This document shows positions 1 to 10,440 of a stretch of 64,000 bases of DNA, piece after piece. Under the pieces are notes generated by a model. That model did no database searches. It saw only the letters and a list, made by a program, of their open reading frames with translations, and had not been told where the DNA came from. The stretch spans positions 64,001 to 128,000 of the forward strand of contig JAVKIP010000008.1 in NCBI GenBank assembly GCA_031459385.1, given 5' to 3'. This DNA is from Candidatus Fervidifonticultor secundus (GTDB lineage: Bacteria; Sysuimicrobiota; Sysuimicrobiia; Sysuimicrobiales; Humicultoraceae). Each line of letters opens with the position of its first letter. Position 1 is the stretch's first letter. Both the position numbers and the translations under genes were made by a program.

Positions 1-1000
1 GGCCGACGTCTGCGCACGCTCCCTGGCCGCCTCGGGCGCGCAGCCCGGCGACGTCTTCCAGAACGCCTACGGCTACGGCCTGTTCACCGGCGGGCTGGGG
101 ATGCACTACGGGGCGGAGCTGCTGGGGCTGACGGTCATCCCCGCCTCGGGCGGCAACACCGAGCGGCAGCTGCTGCTGCTCCAGGACTTCGGCGCCAGGA
201 TCATCGCCTGCACCCCGACCTACGCCCTGGTGCTGGCCGAGGCCTGCCGTGAGCGCGGCATCGCGCCCGGCAGCCTGCCGCTGCGCTTCGGGGTGCTGGG
301 CGCCGAGCCATGGACCGAGGCGATGCGGGACGAGATCGAGCGCGGGCTGGGCATCAAGGCCGTGAACATCTACGGGCTCAGCGAGATCATCGGCCCCGGC
401 GTCTCCAACGAATGCGTCGAGGCCCAGGCGGGCGCCCACATCTTCGAGGACCACTTCCTGCCCGAGGTCGTGGACCCGCAGACCGGCGAACCCCTTCCCG
501 CGGGCCAACCCGGTGAGCTGGTGTTCACCACGTTGACCAAGGAAGCGATGCCGATGATCCGCTACCGCACCGGAGACATCGCGGCGCTGCTGCCCGAGCC
601 GTGCGTCTGCGGCCGCACCCACGTGCGCATGAGCCGGGTCATCGGGCGCACCGACGACATGCTGATCATCCGCGGCATCAACGTCTACCCGTCACAGGTC
701 GAGGCGGCGCTGGGCGGCCTGCCGGAGCTGACTCCGCACATCCAGCTGGTGGTGACGCGCGAGCGCGCGCTGGACGACCTGGAGGTCAAGGTGGAGGTGC
801 GCGAGGCGTTCGCCGCGCAGCTGGGGGGCGGCCTGCCCGACGGCGCGCCGGCGGTCGAGGAGCTCCGGGCGCGTTGCGAGCAGAAGCTGCACGGCGTCCT
901 GGGCATCCACGCCAGGGTCACGCTGGCGGCGCCCGGCGCGCTGCCGCGCAGCGAGGGCGGCAAGCTGCGGCGCGTCGACGACCGGCGGCCGCGGGCGTAG
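1..1000 (+). CDS. paaK: Phenylacetate-CoA ligase (5'-truncated by window edge)
   Basis: Frame open from base 2: ...FQNAYGYGLFTGGLGMHYGAE; motifs GAEPW, YGLSE, RYRTGD, GRTDDMLIIRGINVYP typical of PaaK. Confidence 0.9.
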   Translation, partial: ADVCARSLAASGAQPGDVFQNAYGYGLFTGGLGMHYGAELLGLTVIPASGGNTERQLLLLQDFGARIIACTPTYALVLAEACRERGIAPGSLPLRFGVLGAEPWTEAMRDEIERGLGIKAVNIYGLSEIIGPGVSNECVEAQAGAHIFEDHFLPEVVDPQTGEPLPAGQPGELVFTTLTKEAMPMIRYRTGDIAALLPEPCVCGRTHVRMSRVIGRTDDMLIIRGINVYPSQVEAALGGLPELTPHIQLVVTRERALDDLEVKVEVREAFAAQLGGGLPDGAPAVEELRARCEQKLHGVLGIHARVTLAAPGALPRSEGGKLRRVDDRRPRA

Positions 1001-1404
1001 TGCGCGAGGGCTTGGCGCCAGGCGCGGAGGCCGAAGTGACCGTGACGGTCACCGAGGCGATGCTGGCGTGGTTCGAGGAGCTCGGCCTGGTCCACCCGGT
1101 CTACTCGACGTGGACGATGGTGCGGCACATGGAGCTGGCCTCGCGGAAGGTCATCCTGCCCTTCCTCGAGCCGGACGAGGAGGCGGTGGGCTACAGCGTG
1201 AGCGCCACCCACCTGGCACCCACGCCGGCCGGGGCCCGCGTCACCGCCCGGGCCCGTCTGGTCCGGCTCGACGGCAACCAGGTGGTGTGCGCGGTCGTGG
1301 TCCGGCGGGGCGACGTGACGATTGGCGAGGGGACCACGGTGCAGGTCGTGCTGCCGGCGCAGGCCCTGCGCGCCCGGTTCGAGGCGATCGGTGCCCGGCC
1401 TCCC

Positions 1405-1413
<9 letters not shown>
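1000..1413 (+). CDS. Hotdog-fold thioesterase (FlK-like)
   Basis: GTG overlaps paaK stop; VYSTWTMVRHMELAS...VGYSVSATHLAPTPAG pattern of the fluoroacetyl-CoA thioesterase family. Confidence 0.75.
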
Positions 1414-2134
<721 letters not shown>

Positions 2135-2145
<11 letters not shown>

Positions 2146-2977
2146 GCACGACCTCCCCGGCGCCCGGCCCCATGTCGGCTGGCTCGACGTCGCCGAGATA
2201 GGCTGCGATCACCCGCGGATCGGCCTGCACTGCGGCGGGCGGGCCGTCGGCGATGAGCGCGCCCTGATCCAGGACGGCCACCTCGTCGGCCAGGCCCATG
2301 ACCAGGTCCATGTCGTGCTCGACCAGGAAGATCGTGACCCCGTCGTCGCGGACGGTGCGGATCAGCCTGCTGATCTGCGCCTTCTCCGTCGGCGTGAGTC
2401 CCGCGGCGGGCTCGTCGAGCAGCAGCAGGTGGGGCGCGGTGGCCAGCGCCCGGGCCAGCTCCACCACCCGCTGCAGTCCGAAGGGCAGGCTGTCGGCCGG
2501 CACGTGGGCCCACCGGGCGAGGGCGACGCGCTCCAGCAGCCGGTGCGCGCGCTCGCTCATGGCCGCCTCCTCCCGGCGCATGCGCCGCGACCGGATCACG
2601 GCGTCGGCCAGGCCGCTGGCCAGATGGCGGTGGCACCCGACCAGGACGTGCTCGAAGACGGTCATCCCCGGGAACAGCCGCACGTTCTGAAACGTGCGGG
2701 CGATGCCCAACGTGGCGATGCGATAGGGTGGCAGGCCGAAGAGCGGCTGGCCCAGGAAGGTGATGCGGCCGACCTGTGGGGCCAGCACCCCGGTGATGAG
2801 GTTGAACAGCGTGGTCTTGCCGGCGCCGTTGGGCCCGATCAGCGCCTTGATCTGCCCCGGCCGCACCGCCAGCGAGACGTCCCGCAGGGCATGCAGGCCA
2901 CCGAAGGTGTGGCTGACCCGGTCCACCGCCAGCAGGGGCCGGCCCTCCCCCGCTGCGGCTGCCGGAGGACCGCTCAC
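2135..2977 (-). CDS. livG: Liv-type ABC transporter ATP-binding protein
   Basis: GPNGAGKTTLFN, ARTFQN, LLDEPAAG, VEHDM; GTG start overlaps livM stop. Confidence 0.9.
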
Positions 2978-4071
2978 GTCGCCGCGCCCCCGGACTGCAC
3001 GGGCGGCCCCATCGCCGCTGCGGCGCCCGTGGGCGCCGGGCGGCGGCCGGCCAGTCCCGACGGCCAGAACAGCAGCACCGTCACCAGCAACAGGCCGAAG
3101 ACCACCGCCTCGATCTCCCCTGCCATCCCAGGAATGTACTGGCGGATGCGAGTGCGCAGTACCTCGCTCATCAGCAGCACGGCCGTCGCGCCGAGCGGCG
3201 CGCCCCAGATGCTGCTCATGCCACCCACGGCAGACATCACCACCAGTTCCAGCGACGGCACGAAGCCGAACGTGGCAGGAACCACGGCGGCCTGGAAGTG
3301 CGCGTACAGGCTTCCCGCCAGGGACGCCAGCGCGGCACTGAGGGCGAAGACCTGCGCCTTGTACCGGTGCGCGGCGATGCCCAGGCACTCTGCGGCGCCC
3401 TCGGCGCCGTGGATCGCGCGCAGCGCACGCCCGGCGCGCGAGTCGATGACGTTGAGGCCGACCGCGACGGCGCCCAGCGCGACTGCCCAGACCAGGAAGT
3501 AGTACCGCGATGCCGGCCACACCGGCCAGGGGCCGAGCCGCAGCCGCGGAATGCCGAAAACGCCGTCGAAACCACCGGTCAGGTTCAGCCGCGGCAGGCC
3601 CAGGTTCTCCCGCAGCACGATGTAGACGACGATGCCCAGGCCCAGCGTGGCCATGGCCAGGTAGTGGCCGCGCAGGCGCAGGATCACCAGGCCGATGGCG
3701 TAGGCGAAGCCGCCCACCAGCATCATGCCGGCGGCCATCAGCAGCCAGGGCCACCACCAGCTGGTGGCAATGACCGGCGCGATGCCGAGCGCCGGCGCGC
3801 GCACCGTCAGGATCGCCGAGAAGAAGGCCCCCATGCCGTAGAAGGCCGCCTGGCCCAGCGAGACCTGGCCGGCATACCCCATGAGCAGGTTCAGGCCGAC
3901 CAGGACGATGGTGAAGATCCCGGTGCGGATCAGCAGGTCGAGGTGCACCAGGCCGCCGGTCAGGCCGGGGAGCGACAGGCCCAGCGGACGCGCCGCGTCC
4001 AGCCAGCCCAACAGCGCCACCACCGCGGCGGCAGCCGCGAGCCCGGCGCCGCGGCCCGGCGGCAGCCTCAT
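2974..4071 (-). CDS. livM: Liv-type ABC transporter permease
   Basis: GLNLLMGYAGQVSLGQAAF, LRLRGHYLAMATLG; ATG overlaps livH stop. Confidence 0.9.
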   Translation of the reverse strand: MRLPPGRGAGLAAAAAVVALLGWLDAARPLGLSLPGLTGGLVHLDLLIRTGIFTIVLVGLNLLMGYAGQVSLGQAAFYGMGAFFSAILTVRAPALGIAPVIATSWWWPWLLMAAGMMLVGGFAYAIGLVILRLRGHYLAMATLGLGIVVYIVLRENLGLPRLNLTGGFDGVFGIPRLRLGPWPVWPASRYYFLVWAVALGAVAVGLNVIDSRAGRALRAIHGAEGAAECLGIAAHRYKAQVFALSAALASLAGSLYAHFQAAVVPATFGFVPSLELVVMSAVGGMSSIWGAPLGATAVLLMSEVLRTRIRQYIPGMAGEIEAVVFGLLLVTVLLFWPSGLAGRRPAPTGAAAAMGPPVQSGGAAT

Positions 4072-5114
4072 GGGCGCTCGGCCTCCACCTCGCCGCTCGC
4101 GAAGCCCGGGGGCCGCGCCAGCAGGAGCATCACCAGCACCACGAAGGCAAACAGGTCCTTGAAGCCTGCCAGCGTCACGCCCGCCCAGAGGTTTTCGAGC
4201 ACGCCCAGGATCAGGGCGCCGGCGATCACGCCCTGGAAGCTCACCAGGCCGCCCATGATGGCGGCCACGAAGCCCTTCAGCCCCACCTCCAGGCCCATGT
4301 CGAAGGTGGGCCGCGTGACCGGGCCCACCACGATCCCCGCCACGGCGCCGAGGACCGCGGCCAGCCCGAAGGCCAGCGTGGCCATGACGTCCACCCGGAT
4401 GCCCGCCAGCTGCGCGGCCAGCCGGTTGACGGCGCACGCCCGCATCGCCTTCCCGGTCAGCGTGCGCTCGAAGAACAGGGCCAGCAGGACCACGCAGGCG
4501 CCCGCGGCACCCCAGATCCACAGGCTCTGTGCGCGGATCAGGACGTCGCCGACGAGAAACGACCGGTCGCGCATCTCCAGCGTCGCGAACGCCGGCAGCA
4601 CGTACGGCCGCGGCCCCCACGCCAGCAGCGCCGCACCCTGCAGGACCAGGTACACGCCGACCGTGATCATGATCTTGGTCAGCAGCAGGGCACCGCGCGC
4701 CGGATGCAGGGCCAGCCGGTAGATGGCCACGCCGAGCCCGCCGGTGACCGCGATGGCCGCCAGCGCACTCGCCACCAGCCGGGGTGCCGTCGTGGCGGCC
4801 GAGGAGCCCAGGAACGTGATGGTCAGCATCGGCCCCAGCATGACGAAGGCGCCCTGGGCGAAGTTGATGATGCCCGTGACCCGGTGGACCACCACGAACC
4901 CCAGGGCGACCAGTGCGTAGATGGCGCCGGCCTGCAGGCCGTCTACCGCGAACTGCAGGTAGTCGGCGATCCCAAATCCATGGCGGCGGCCCGCCAGGGT
5001 CAGGGCCGCCGCCAGCAGCAGCGCGGCGCCGGCCAGTGCCCACCCGGGCCGCGGGCGCCACACCGGGCGCAGGCGGTCGCCGAGGGGGAGCACGCGGGCG
5101 GCCGCTTTCTGCAC
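4068..5114 (-). CDS. livH: Liv-type ABC transporter permease
   Basis: GAIYALVALG...INFAQG, GKAMRACA, KGFVAAIMGG; start uncertain. Confidence 0.88.
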   Translation of the reverse strand: MQKAAARVLPLGDRLRPVWRPRPGWALAGAALLLAAALTLAGRRHGFGIADYLQFAVDGLQAGAIYALVALGFVVVHRVTGIINFAQGAFVMLGPMLTITFLGSSAATTAPRLVASALAAIAVTGGLGVAIYRLALHPARGALLLTKIMITVGVYLVLQGAALLAWGPRPYVLPAFATLEMRDRSFLVGDVLIRAQSLWIWGAAGACVVLLALFFERTLTGKAMRACAVNRLAAQLAGIRVDVMATLAFGLAAVLGAVAGIVVGPVTRPTFDMGLEVGLKGFVAAIMGGLVSFQGVIAGALILGVLENLWAGVTLAGFKDLFAFVVLVMLLLARPPGFASGEVEAERP

Positions 5115-5118
5115 CGCG

Positions 5119-6339
5119 CTACTTCCACTGCTCCCTGGGCAGGATGACGAACTTCCCGCCCTTCACGGTCACGAAGACGAAGTCGCGGTAGTCGAACCCC
5201 AGGTGGTCCTCCGGGCTCAGCTTGAAGACGCCGTGCGTCCCCCGAATGCTGCCCAGCTTGGTCTCCAGCGCCTCCCGGACCAGGTCCCGCTGTCGCTCCA
5301 GCGGCTGCCGGTCGGGCAGCGTGCGCAGCGCGGCCAGCGCCCACTGCAGCGCGTCGTAGGCGTGCCCCGCGAAGGTGCTGATGGGGGCGCCGCCGGTGTA
5401 GCGCTGGTAGTCGCTGACGAACCGCAGGTTCAGGGGCCGCGTCGGGTCATTTGCCGGCAGCTGGTCGGGCACCAGGATCTTGCCGCACGGCATCACCGTG
5501 CCCTCCGCGGCCTGCCCCGCCGTCTTGATCAGGTCGGGGCTGCAGGCGCCGTGCCCGTGCACGATCCGGATGGCCGGCAGGCGCTCCCGGATCGCTACGT
5601 TGATGAGCGACGCGGCCGGGGGGATGCTGCCGATGACGACGGCCTGGCAGCCGCTGGCCCGGACCCGGGCCACCTGCGGGAACTCGGTCGCCGTCCGCTC
5701 GAACGCGTCGCCGTAGGCGATGCTGATGCCGGCCTTGCCATACACGGCCTCGGCGCTCTGGAACGTGTCCTTCCCGTAGGCTGTGTTCTCCGAGAGATGG
5801 CAGACGCGCCGCGCGCCCACCGCCTGCAGGTAGTCGGCCTGGGCCTGGGCGCTGTGCAGGTTCTCGGGCACCGGCTTGAAGATCCACGGGCGCATGCGCT
5901 TGGTGGCAGGGTCCTCGATGATGCTCCGCGCGGAGGCCATGGAGATCATGGGGGTGCGCCCCTCGGTGGCGATGGGCACCATGGCCAGGCTGGGCCCGCT
6001 GAGCGTTCCGGCCACGAGCACCGTCACCCGCTCCTCGCTGATCAGCCGCCGGGCCAGGCCGGCCGCTACGTCGGCGCTGGACTGATCGTCGAAGATCACG
6101 ATCTCCACGTCGTGGCGCGCCCGGTCGGGCCCCACGATGCCACGCTGCACCGTGAGGCGTTCCTGCAGCATGCGCGCCACGTCGCGCTCAGGCACGCCCA
6201 GGCTGGCCCCCGGGCCGGTCACCGACGCGATGAACCCGATTCGGTAGGGCATGGATGCCCAGGCCCAGGGTCCGGCGGGCGCCAGCGCCGCCGTCGCCGC
6301 CACGGCCACGGTCACGAGCGCGATCCGCATCCGCTTCAT
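5119..6339 (-). CDS. ABC transporter substrate-binding protein (LivK/periplasmic binding protein family)
   Basis: Signal peptide MKRMRIALVTVAVAA..AWA; IGFIASVTGPGASLG; GHAYDA; head gene of the liv operon. Confidence 0.88.
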   Translation of the reverse strand: MKRMRIALVTVAVAATAALAPAGPWAWASMPYRIGFIASVTGPGASLGVPERDVARMLQERLTVQRGIVGPDRARHDVEIVIFDDQSSADVAAGLARRLISEERVTVLVAGTLSGPSLAMVPIATEGRTPMISMASARSIIEDPATKRMRPWIFKPVPENLHSAQAQADYLQAVGARRVCHLSENTAYGKDTFQSAEAVYGKAGISIAYGDAFERTATEFPQVARVRASGCQAVVIGSIPPAASLINVAIRERLPAIRIVHGHGACSPDLIKTAGQAAEGTVMPCGKILVPDQLPANDPTRPLNLRFVSDYQRYTGGAPISTFAGHAYDALQWALAALRTLPDRQPLERQRDLVREALETKLGSIRGTHGVFKLSPEDHLGFDYRDFVFVTVKGGKFVILPREQWK

Positions 6340-6544
6340 CGTGCGCTCCCTCCTTCGTCGTGCGCGTCTGGGGCAGAGGACAACGCCGCCATCTGTCGAA
6401 TCCCCTCTCTTACAAAATTCTCACCGGTGCAGCAACCCACGCATATCGTGGTATTCGGGACGATGACCCCGCAGAACCTTCCAGGCCCCCGGCGGGCCTC
6501 CTGGGCCCGCCACCTGGCCGGTGCCGGGAGGCCCGGCTGACGGA

Positions 6545-7471
6545 ATGCTGCGCGGCTCGCTCGTGCCGCTCGTCACTCCCTTCCGGGCCGGAGGCCTCGA
6601 CGAGACCGCGCTCGCCGGGCTCATCGAGTGGCAGATCGCCTCGGGCAGCCACGGCATCAGCGTGACCGGCAGCACCGGGGAACCTGCCGCGTTGACGCTC
6701 GCCGAGCGCGAGCGGGTCATCGCCCTGGCGGTGGAGACTGCGCGCGGCCGCGTGCCGGTCATCGCCGGCACGGGATCGGCAAACTACGGGGAAACGCTCC
6801 ACCTGACGCGCTTTGCGCGGCGGGCCGGTGCCGACGCCGCGCTGGTGGTCACGCCGTACTATACGCGGCCGGGGCAGGAGGGGCTCTACCGCTACTTCCG
6901 CAGCCTGGCCGAGGCTGTCGATATCCCCATTATCCTGTACAACATTCCCGGCCGCACCGCCACGAACCTGGAGCCGGAGACCACCGCGCGCCTGAGCCGC
7001 GACTGTCCCACCATCGTTGGCATCAAGGAGTCCAACAAAGACCTGGAGCACGTCTGCCGCGTCATGCACCGCTGCGGGCCGACGTTCGCCGTCTACTCGG
7101 GCATCGAGCTGCTCTGCTTCCCGATCCTGGCTCTGGGCGGGGCCGGCTACGTCAGTGCCACCGGCAACGTGCTGCCGCGCGAGGTGGCCCGGCTCTACGA
7201 CCTCGTCACGGCCGGGCAGTGGGAGGAGGCGCGCCGGCTGCACTACCACCTGCTGCCCATGAACGACATCCTGTTCATCGAGACGAACCCAGTGCCCGTG
7301 AAGGCGGCGCTGGCGCTGATGGGCCGCGCAAGTGCCGAGGTGCGCCCGCCCCACGCGCCGCTGCGACCCGAGCACGAGGCCAGGCTGCGCGAGGTGATGG
7401 CCGGCTACGGCCTGCTCCCCGAGGGCCGCGCCCAGGCGCCGACCACAGTCCCGGCACCGGGCGCCTCCTGA
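6545..7471 (+). CDS. hpaI: DapA-like 2,4-dihydroxyhept-2-ene-1,7-dioate aldolase
   Basis: DHDPS fold motifs GSTGE, YNIPGRT, GIKESNKD, GIELLC; first gene of the hpa operon. Confidence 0.75.
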   Translation: MLRGSLVPLVTPFRAGGLDETALAGLIEWQIASGSHGISVTGSTGEPAALTLAERERVIALAVETARGRVPVIAGTGSANYGETLHLTRFARRAGADAALVVTPYYTRPGQEGLYRYFRSLAEAVDIPIILYNIPGRTATNLEPETTARLSRDCPTIVGIKESNKDLEHVCRVMHRCGPTFAVYSGIELLCFPILALGGAGYVSATGNVLPREVARLYDLVTAGQWEEARRLHYHLLPMNDILFIETNPVPVKAALALMGRASAEVRPPHAPLRPEHEARLREVMAGYGLLPEGRAQAPTTVPAPGAS

Positions 7472-7492
7472 GGACGCCGGAGGAAGCTGGCG

Positions 7493-8275
7493 ATGCGCCG
7501 GTGCCGCTTCATCGCCGACGGCCGCGTGCACCGCGGGTGGCTGGAGGGCGCCGCAGTCCGCGACGAGCGCGGCCGCGTGCACGCGCCTGACGCCTGCACC
7601 TGGCTGCCGCCGGTGGCGCCGTCCAAGATCGTCGGCTTCGCGCTCACCTACCGCGACCACGCCGCCGAACTCGCGGTCGCAGCGCCCGAGGAGCCCGCAG
7701 TCTTCTTCAAGCCGCCCTCGAGCCTGGTTGGCCACGGGGCGCCCGTCGTCTCCCCGCCGGGGGTGACCTACCTGCACTACGAGGCCGAGCTGGCTGTGGT
7801 CATCGGCCGGCGCTGTCGGGGCGTCCGGCCGGAGGCTGCGCCCGAGGTCGTGCGCGGCTACACCATCGCCAACGACGTCACGGCGCGAGACTTCATCCGG
7901 AACTTCTTCCGGCCGCCGGTGCGCGCCAAGGGGTGGGATACCTTCTGCCCGCTGGGCCCAACCCTGGTGGAGGGCGAGATCGCCGATCCGCACCGCCTCG
8001 GCCTACGGGCCTACGTCAACGGCGAGCTGCGCCAGCAGGGGACCACCGCGGACCTGGCGGTCTCGATCTGGGAGCAGATCGCCTTCGTCTCGGCGTTCAT
8101 GACCCTGGAGCCGGACGATGTGATCCTGACGGGCACGCCCAGGGGCATCTCGCCCGTCCGGCCGGGCGACCGCATGCGTATCGAGATCGACGGCCTCGGC
8201 GCGCTGGAGAACCCCGTGGTCGACGGCACGGCCCACGACCGCCGGGCGGCGTCGGTGGCTTCCGAGGAGGGCTAG
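7493..8275 (+). CDS. Fumarylacetoacetate hydrolase family protein (HpaG-like isomerase/decarboxylase)
   Basis: FFKPPSS, HYEAEL, ANDVTARD, KGWDTFCPLGP, ILTGTP. Confidence 0.85.
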   Translation: MRRCRFIADGRVHRGWLEGAAVRDERGRVHAPDACTWLPPVAPSKIVGFALTYRDHAAELAVAAPEEPAVFFKPPSSLVGHGAPVVSPPGVTYLHYEAELAVVIGRRCRGVRPEAAPEVVRGYTIANDVTARDFIRNFFRPPVRAKGWDTFCPLGPTLVEGEIADPHRLGLRAYVNGELRQQGTTADLAVSIWEQIAFVSAFMTLEPDDVILTGTPRGISPVRPGDRMRIEIDGLGALENPVVDGTAHDRRAASVASEEG

Positions 8276-8281
8276 CGACCC

Positions 8282-9802
8282 ATGGGCGCGAGAACCGGGC
8301 AGCAGTACCTGGACGGCCTCCGGGCCCGTCCCCCGGAGCTGTGGATCGGCGGGGCGCGGGTGGCGGACCCGACGACCCACCCGGCGTTCCGGCGCGTCAC
8401 CCGCAGCGTGGCCGCCCTGTACGACATGCAGCACGAGCCGGCGCTGCGCGAAGAGATGACGTACATCTCGCCCTCCTCCGGCGAGCGTGTGGGGCTCTCG
8501 TTCCTCACGCCGCGCAGCCCCGAGGACCTGGTGCGCGTGCGCCGCATGATGAAGCGCTGGGCCGACTACTCCGGCGGCATGATGGGGCGGTCGCCCGACT
8601 ACCTGAACCGCGCGCTCATGGCATTCGCCGCCGCCGCGGACTACTGCGCGGCCAACGACCCGCGGTTCGGCGAGAACATCCGGCGCTACTACGAGCACGT
8701 GCGCGAGCGCGACCTGTGCCTGACGCATACCCTGATCAACCCCCAGGCGAACCGCTCGGTGGGGCCGGCCCGCCAGGCCGACCCGTACCTGGCTGCAGGG
8801 ATCGTCCGGGAGACCGCCGACGGCGTGGTCATCCGCGGCGCGCGGATGCTGGCCACGCTGCCGGTGGCCGACGAGATCATGGTCTTCCCTTCGACGCTGC
8901 TGCGCAGCGGGCAGGAGGACGCCCCGTATGCCTTTGCCTTCGCGCTCCCCTGTGCCACCCCGGGCCTGCGCTTCCTCTGCCGCGAGTCGTTCGACTACGG
9001 GCGCCCGCCCGTCGATCACCCGCTGAGCAGCCGGTTCGAGGAGATGGACGCCGTCGTGATCTTCGACGACGTGCTCGTGCCCTGGGAGCGGGTCTTCCTC
9101 CTGCGCGACGTCGAGCGGTGCAATCGCGCCTTCGCCGAGACGCGGGCGGTGGTCCACATGGCCCACCAGGTGGTCACGAAGAACGTGGCCAAGACCGAGT
9201 TCGTCCTGGGCGTGATCTGCCTGATCGTGGAGACGATCGCCATCGAGCAGTTCCAGCACGTGCAGGAGAAGGTGGCCGAGGTGATCCACTCCCTGGAGGC
9301 GATGCGTGCGTTCCTGCGCGCCGCGGAGGCCGACGCGGCCGTGGACCGGTGGGGAGTCATGACGCCCGCGTGGCCGCCGCTGGACGCGGCGCGGCAGCTC
9401 TACACCCGCCTCTACCCCCGCATGATCGAGATCGTCCAGCTGCTGGGTGCCAGCGGCCTGATGGCCATTCCCACCCGCGACGACGTGGAGGGGCCCCAGG
9501 CGGCGACCATCGAGCGGTTCTACCAGGCCGCCCGCGCGGACGCACGCGCGCGCATCGGACTGTTTCGGCTGGCCTGGGATCTGGCCGTCTCGGCGTTCGG
9601 CAGCCGGCAGGTCCTCTACGAACGGTTCTTCTTCGGCGATCCCGTGCGCATGGCCGGCGTGACGTTTGCCAACTACGACAAGACCCCGTACATCGAGCGC
9701 GTGCGCCAGTTCCTGGCGCGCGCGGACGCCGAGCGGGCGGGCTCGGCCGAGGTGGCCGTGCCTGCGGGAGGAGCGTCCGCCCCGGCCGGGGAGCGGCCGT
9801 GA
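8282..9802 (+). CDS. hpaB: 4-hydroxyphenylacetate 3-monooxygenase, oxygenase component
   Basis: GMMGRSPDY, THTLINPQ, RFEEMD, RQVLYERFFFGDP. Confidence 0.93.
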   Translation: MGARTGQQYLDGLRARPPELWIGGARVADPTTHPAFRRVTRSVAALYDMQHEPALREEMTYISPSSGERVGLSFLTPRSPEDLVRVRRMMKRWADYSGGMMGRSPDYLNRALMAFAAAADYCAANDPRFGENIRRYYEHVRERDLCLTHTLINPQANRSVGPARQADPYLAAGIVRETADGVVIRGARMLATLPVADEIMVFPSTLLRSGQEDAPYAFAFALPCATPGLRFLCRESFDYGRPPVDHPLSSRFEEMDAVVIFDDVLVPWERVFLLRDVERCNRAFAETRAVVHMAHQVVTKNVAKTEFVLGVICLIVETIAIEQFQHVQEKVAEVIHSLEAMRAFLRAAEADAAVDRWGVMTPAWPPLDAARQLYTRLYPRMIEIVQLLGASGLMAIPTRDDVEGPQAATIERFYQAARADARARIGLFRLAWDLAVSAFGSRQVLYERFFFGDPVRMAGVTFANYDKTPYIERVRQFLARADAERAGSAEVAVPAGGASAPAGERP

Positions 9803-10440
9803 GCGCCGATTCCCCGCGCGCGCCCGCACCGCCGGCCGCCGGCGAGCAGCCCCTGGACGCCCGCGCCTTCCGCCGGACGATGGGGCTGTTCGCCACCGGA
9901 GTGACGGTGGTCGCGGTCGAGACCGACGGCGGCCCGCTGGGCATGACGGCCAACAGCGTCACGGCCGTCTCGCTCGACCCCCTGCTGGTGCTCTTCTGCG
10001 TGGACCACCGCGCGCGCCTGCACGCCCACATGTCGGAGGGCCGGCGCTTCGCCATCAGCATCCTGCGCGACGACCAGGAGGTCCTGTCGCGCTACTTCGG
10101 CGGCGGCTGGCGGGACCACCCGGCGCCGGAGTACCGGTTCGAGGCGTGGGACGGCGCGCCGCGGCTCGTCGGCGCGCTGGCCGCGATCCGGTGCGAGGTG
10201 GCGCGGTTGTACGAGGGGGGCGATCACACCATCGTGGTGGGGCGCGTCACCGGCCTCTACGAGGGCTGCGACCCGCACCGCCCGTTGCTCTTCTTCGCAG
10301 GGCGCTACCGGCGCCTGGCACCGCTGGTGGCGCCTGCGATGCCGCCCGAGCAGTGGGGGCCCGACGGCGTTTCGATCTACTACGAGGAGTGGAGCGCCCA
10401 GCGGCCGGCCCCGCGGCTCGATCCGGAGGCGTCGGCGTGA
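9799..10440 (+). CDS. hpaC: Flavin reductase
   Basis: FRRTMGLFATGVTVV, GMTANSVTAVSLDP, GGDHTIVVG; coupled to hpaB stop. Confidence 0.88.
   Translation: MSADSPRAPAPPAAGEQPLDARAFRRTMGLFATGVTVVAVETDGGPLGMTANSVTAVSLDPLLVLFCVDHRARLHAHMSEGRRFAISILRDDQEVLSRYFGGGWRDHPAPEYRFEAWDGAPRLVGALAAIRCEVARLYEGGDHTIVVGRVTGLYEGCDPHRPLLFFAGRYRRLAPLVAPAMPPEQWGPDGVSIYYEEWSAQRPAPRLDPEASA

Noticed and set aside
6545..7471. Lysine-biosynthetic dapA
   Set aside because: Its position at the head of the hpa operon and the KESNKD/GIELLC motifs favour the DapA-like HpaI aldolase.
7933..10440. 835-aa ORF, and other long track ORFs with N-terminal extensions (9666, 29348-31909, 51867)
   Set aside because: Only the C-terminal parts are real genes (hpaC, hpaD, ctaD, nuoC); the extensions overlap neighbouring genes in another frame.
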